A DNA stretch of 56,878 nt, from contig RQSC01000014.1 of NCBI GenBank assembly GCA_013416795.1, forward strand, positions 1 through 56,878, read 5' to 3'. Under the pieces are notes generated by a model. That model was given only the letters and a program-made list of their open reading frames with translations. It made no database searches and was not told where the DNA came from. This stretch comes from Prasinococcaceae sp. CCMP 1430. Its lineage: Eukaryota; Plantae; Prasinodermophyta. This document shows, in pieces, positions 52,740-56,878 of the stretch. The number at the start of each line of letters is the position of its first letter. Positions within the stretch are counted from its first letter, which is position 1. A program made the translations under genes and the position numbers.

Positions 52740-53135
52740 GTCCCCGCTGCGAAGAGACCCCAGCCAGGGGGTGAGGCCGGCGTCGGGAAGGCTCCGTGCG
52801 CGGCCTCCGGAGTGACGCGGGGTCGCTGCCCCCGCTCCCCCTCCCCCATTTTCCCCTCGTCGCCCCCCCCCCCCTCCACCCCGCGGTGGCAGCTGCGACG
52901 GCCGCCGCCGCCCCGCGCGCTCACGGCGGTTGGCGCGCGCGCTCAGTGCAGGCCGGAGGGAGGGGGAGGGGAGGGGCGGGCGTGGAGGGCGTGGCGCCAG
53001 AGCGCGCGCGTGCGCGCGCGCGTCGGGTGGCGCGTCTCGAGTTCGAGGGGAAGGAAACGACGGCGCGCGCGCGCGCGTGCGCGCGCGCTCGTGTGCGTGT
53101 GCCGCGCGGGGAAGGGCGCGGACGCGGCGACACCG

Positions 53136-55079
53136 ATGTCCGTCGCGCGGCGGCTGAGCGCCACCAGTGGCGGCTTCGACCTCGAGGCCGACGCGACGGC
53201 CGCGTTCCTGCGGCGCGCGGGCTGCCGGCGTGTGGCGCTGCAGTTTCCCGATGAGCTGCTGGTGCATGCGCCGCGCGCGGCGGCGGCGCTCAAGGGGCGG
53301 CTTGGCGACGGCTGCGAGGCGATCGTGCTCGCGGACACCACCTTCGGGCCATGCTGCGTCGATGAGGTCGCTGCGGCGCACGCGGGATGCGATGCGGTCG
53401 TGCACTACGGCCGCGCGTGCCTGAGCCCCACGCTGCGCCTGCCTGCGCGGTTTGTACTCGGGCGCACACCGCTCGACGAGGCGGCCGCGGCGGCGCGCCT
53501 CGCCGAGGCGGCCGCGACCGCGGCGCCCACGCCGCTGGTCGTGCTGTGCTCGCTCGAGTACGCGCACGCGCTCGCTCGCATCGGGGCGCTTGCGCGCGAG
53601 CGCCTCGCGGAAGGCGACGCAGGGGGTGCCGAAATCGTCTTCGGCGAGCTGGAGCCTCTCGAGCGCGTGCCTGCCCCGCCCGTGGCCGGAAGCGGCGGGG
53701 CGCGCCTGCTAAAGGTGTCCGAGGCGCGCGGGAGGGAGTGTGGCTGTGGCCCGTCGGGATGCGGCGCGAGCGCCGATGCGCGAACGGCCCCCGCGCCAAA
53801 ATCGCCCTCGCCTGTCGCGAACGCCAACTCCCACGCGGTTGATGCTGCGAGCACGGAGAGCGGGGCGCGCGACGGCCGCATATCACTGGGCGGCCTGTCG
53901 TTTAGACTGCCGCGCACGTCGACAGCTGATGGAAGCTCGAGCGACAGCGACGAGGACGATACGCCGCCGGCCGTGTCGCTGGCGTGGATCGGTGGGGAGG
54001 GCCCCGCGCTGACATCTGCACTCATGACGCTCGCACCGACGATTTACTGCCGCTATGACCCCGCGCTCGAGCCCGTGCGCAGCGCCGGCGACGATGGCAG
54101 CGGCGGCGCTTTCGGCGACAGCGATGGCGATGGCGACGGCGCCTGCGGCGGAGCCTGGCTCTCTGACGAACCCGGCGCGTTTCGCGCGCTGCAGCGGCGC
54201 TACTTCCTCGTCGAGAAAGCCAAGGACGCGTCAATCGTAGGCGTGCTCGCCGGCACGCTCGGGGTCGCGGGATACGAGGAGGCCATCGAGCGCGTGGTGC
54301 GCCTTGCGGAGGCCGCAGGCAAACGCGCGTACGTGTTCGCGATGGGCAAGCCCAACCCAGCCAAGCTCGCCAACTTCCCTGAGTGTGGGGTCTTCGTGCT
54401 GGTGGCCTGCGCGCAGACGGCGCTGCTCGATTCGAAGGACTTCTACGCGCCAGTCATTACCGTCTACGAAGCCGAGCTGGCCTTTGAGGACAGGATGTGG
54501 GGGGGGAGGCTCAGGCTCGACGGGGGGGCAATGCAGGCCGCAGCGGCGGCCGAGGCAGCGGCCGAGGCGGCCGAGGGCACCGCTGGGAGCGTTGACATGA
54601 GGCGCAAACGCGGCGAAGAGGAGGAAGGGCGCTTCTCGATGGTTCGTGGTGCGTACATGGCGGCGGCTGGCAACAGCGATTTCGGCGCGGGGTGCTCCGC
54701 GGACTCCGAATCGGACGGAGATGCGAGCGATGGCGGGGACGGCGCTGCTGGCGCCGCCAGTGGGGCACGCGCCCTCGCAAACGCGGCCCTTGGACGCGAG
54801 CTGGCCGTGCGCGCCGAGCGCGCTCTCCAGATGCGCTCGGACGCCAGCGGCACGCTTGAGGCGGCGTCGGCGGCCGAGTACCTGGTGCTCAAGCGCACAT
54901 ACCAAGGCCTCGAGGCCGAACTCGAAGACGGCAAGGCGGAAGACACGCGCGTGCGTGAGGGCTGGGCGGGACGCGCGGCGGGGTACGCGCACGACACTGG
55001 CCAGGCCCGCGAAGCGGGCGCCGCCGCGGGGGCGCAGGCGAACGCCGAGAGCGCCAAGAACGGTGGAGTGGACTGGTGA
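53136..55079 (+). CDS. DPH2: Diphthamide biosynthesis protein 2
   Basis: RVALQFPDELL, VLADTTFGPCCVDEVAA.H...D.VVHYG.ACLSP, RRYFLVEKAKDA.IVGVL.GTLG, GKPNPAKLANFPE, SKDFY.PVIT.YE, YL..RTYQGLE; TGTAA at 55093-55097. Confidence 0.93.
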   Translation: MSVARRLSATSGGFDLEADATAAFLRRAGCRRVALQFPDELLVHAPRAAAALKGRLGDGCEAIVLADTTFGPCCVDEVAAAHAGCDAVVHYGRACLSPTLRLPARFVLGRTPLDEAAAAARLAEAAATAAPTPLVVLCSLEYAHALARIGALARERLAEGDAGGAEIVFGELEPLERVPAPPVAGSGGARLLKVSEARGRECGCGPSGCGASADARTAPAPKSPSPVANANSHAVDAASTESGARDGRISLGGLSFRLPRTSTADGSSSDSDEDDTPPAVSLAWIGGEGPALTSALMTLAPTIYCRYDPALEPVRSAGDDGSGGAFGDSDGDGDGACGGAWLSDEPGAFRALQRRYFLVEKAKDASIVGVLAGTLGVAGYEEAIERVVRLAEAAGKRAYVFAMGKPNPAKLANFPECGVFVLVACAQTALLDSKDFYAPVITVYEAELAFEDRMWGGRLRLDGGAMQAAAAAEAAAEAAEGTAGSVDMRRKRGEEEEGRFSMVRGAYMAAAGNSDFGAGCSADSESDGDASDGGDGAAGAASGARALANAALGRELAVRAERALQMRSDASGTLEAASAAEYLVLKRTYQGLEAELEDGKAEDTRVREGWAGRAAGYAHDTGQAREAGAAAGAQANAESAKNGGVDW

Positions 55080-55092
55080 GGCTCCCACCGCT

Positions 55093-55097
55093 TGTAA
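55093..55097 (+). terminator. TGTAA poly(A) signal (DPH2)
   Basis: TGTAA 14 nt after the stop codon. Confidence 0.6.
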
Positions 55098-55205
55098 AAA
55101 TCACGTGTACAATGCCATCGGGAAATTCCGACATCGACGCGCCGCGCGCAGTGAGGCGTCGAGCCGCGCGGCCGGCCAGCGCCCGGGGATCCCGCGTTCC
55201 ACGGG

Positions 55206-56878
55206 TCACAGCGCCAGCCTGTCCGCGCTGAAGAGCTGCATGGTGGACTCGGCGATGCGCTCCGTCCCACCCTCTAGCGCGAGGTCAGCAGTGGCAGCAC
55301 CGATGAGCGGCGCGAGCTTGAAGCCGTGGCCGCTGCAGCACGACAACACGACGACCTTGCCGTCCGCGGCCGTGTCGAAGACGTAGTCGTGGTCTGGCGT
55401 CATGGTGTACGTGCACGCTTCCGTCAGCGCCACCTCGTCCGTGTCGATGCCTTCGAAGTGTCGCGACACCCACTTTCCCACCACTCGCCGAGCTTGTGCA
55501 GCCTGCGCGCGCCACACGCGTCAGCACAGCCGGGCCGCCCAGGAGCAACAGCAGCGCGCGCGCCATTCGTGTTGCTTCAGCGCATCCCGCAAGCGTCGGT
55601 CGCGCAGCAGGCACGCAGCCCAAGCCAGGCGCATGCGCGCACGCACACGGCGCGCCCCGCAGGCTGCGCTCGCGCGAACGGCGCCCTCACTCACATCTGG
55701 AGCCATCGTCCTGTCGTCAGCGTCCCGACCGAGCCGCTCCCAGTGCGCCTCCGGCAAGTGCAGGCTGGCCTTGATCAGTCCAGGCAACTCGTGGATGGGG
55801 AAGCCGTAGAGCGTCTGGAAGTCGATGGACGCACGACTGTCGCCCGTGCTCCCGCCTGTCTCGTCCCAGCCGGGGGGGAGCGCATCCGCCTCTGTCTGGT
55901 CATCGCCGTAGCAGATGTACACGGGGAAGCGCGCCGCGTCGAAGCGGTGGCGCGCCTGGGCATCGCGCGCGCGCCAGTACGCCACGGCGGTCGCGATGGG
56001 CCGCAGGTCTAGCCGCAGTCCCAGAGTATCCTCGAGCAAAGCCCCGGCCCACGGCCCGGCCGCAACCACGACTCGCCGCGCCACCACGGACTGCGCCACG
56101 CCCCCACCCGCGCCCTCACTGGTGCCAGCGCCGGAGCTCGCGCCGCGACTGTTGTCCTGGACGGCGAGGCGCATCATCCCACCCTCGGCGTGGTCGATGC
56201 CAACGACGGCCGACCTGTCACGCAGCGCGGCGCCGTGTCTCTCCGCCAGCCCGGCGTACATCGCGACGGCTTTGGTCGCATTGAGGATGCCGGCATCGGC
56301 GTTCCACAATGCCGTCCAGTGGTCAGGAATTGAGAAGCCCGGGAAGCGACGCGAGACGCGCTCGGCGTCCATGCGCTCCGCGCGCACGCCGTTGGCTTCG
56401 GCGGCGGCCAACACGCGCCGCATGCCCGCGCCTTCGGCAGGGCCGAAGTCGAGGCCGCCCGTGGGTGTGTAGACGCTCGTGCGCGCCTCCTGCTGCGCGC
56501 TCTCCCAAAGGGGGTACGCCTTGCGCATCATTGCCGTGTAGTGCTCCTCCGCGTACGTCGGCCTGTCGTGGCGGGGGGACGCGATTGGCAGGGGCTGCGT
56601 GAGCGCGGGCTCGCGGCGCGCGGGAAGGGTGGCCACCACGCCGCGCGGCAGCGGCCAGGCAGTAGGGCGCGCGCAGGGCACCGCTCACCTTATGATGCGA
56701 CTCTCGCCGTGCGAGGACCCCCGCCTGTGGAGCATGTCGTGGCGCTCGAGCAGCAGCGTGCGCGCCCCGCGCCTCGCGCACTCGTAGGCGACGCACACCC
56801 CCGCGATGCCTCCGCCGACGACCGCGACGTCGTACGCCCCCGGCGGCGCCGCAGCAGCGCGCGACGAGAGCGTCCCGG
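55206..56878 (-). CDS. Sarcosine/L-pipecolate oxidase (FAD-dependent, MSOX/PIPOX family); 5'-truncated; exons >56878-56689, 56562-55695, 55502-55206
   Basis: YDVAVVGGGIAG, GSSHGESRII|R.TY, A.PLWE, GILNATKAV, VVAAGPW, YGFP, C.YTMTPDHDYV, CSGHGFKLAP.IG; GT-AG introns restore the frame. Confidence 0.92.

Noticed and set aside
51795-53135. Large N-terminal extension of DPH2
   Set aside because: Antisense to the sulfotransferase-like gene; DPH2 homology begins just after ATG 53136.
1-56878. Hundreds of overlapping Arg/Ala/Pro-rich ORFs in the six-frame track (e.g. 631-1386, 18687-20309, 22465-23502)
   Set aside because: Shadow frames expected at high GC with few stop codons; they lie antisense or out of frame to motif-bearing genes.
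1-56878. Bacterial origin, CRISPR array, rRNA/tRNA, intact transposon
   Set aside because: Spliceosomal introns and eukaryote-specific genes throughout; no repeat-spacer array, cloverleaf, rRNA motif, transposase or RT ORF recognised.

Overview
GC-rich, gene-dense eukaryotic nuclear DNA with two N-gaps (27611-28083, 31537-32119). I infer a green alga, possibly prasinophyte/Prasinoderma-like, from short GT-AG introns with GTGCGY donors, TGTAA poly(A) signals, thylakoid-lumen FKBPs, a plastid ATP/ADP carrier, Tic22 and a double-AP2 factor. About 25 genes can be modelled, many spliced: Tic22-like, F-box/Kelch, SPCS2, SEC62, eIF4B-like, PDX1, NTT, FKBP16-4-like, GPN2, carotenoid oxygenase, Amun-like, TPR, GT31, claudin-like, AP2, sulfotransferase-like, DPH2 and sarcosine oxidase. 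No rRNA, tRNA, CRISPR array or intact transposon was recognised. The standout is an intronless ~1,500-aa gene (14258-18805, minus strand). It joins a signal peptide and bacterial-style surface modules (CBM96/DNRLRE-like, five Ig-like repeats, NHL propeller) to the coiled-coil, TM and AAA+ core of an ATAD3-like ATPase, predicting a membrane receptor-ATPase architecture I do not recognise as described. Second is an FKBP18-like protein with a CtpA-like PDZ domain inserted in its FKBP fold and a COG8 N-terminal fragment where the transit peptide should be. All family assignments are by motif recognition from memory; no database search was run.
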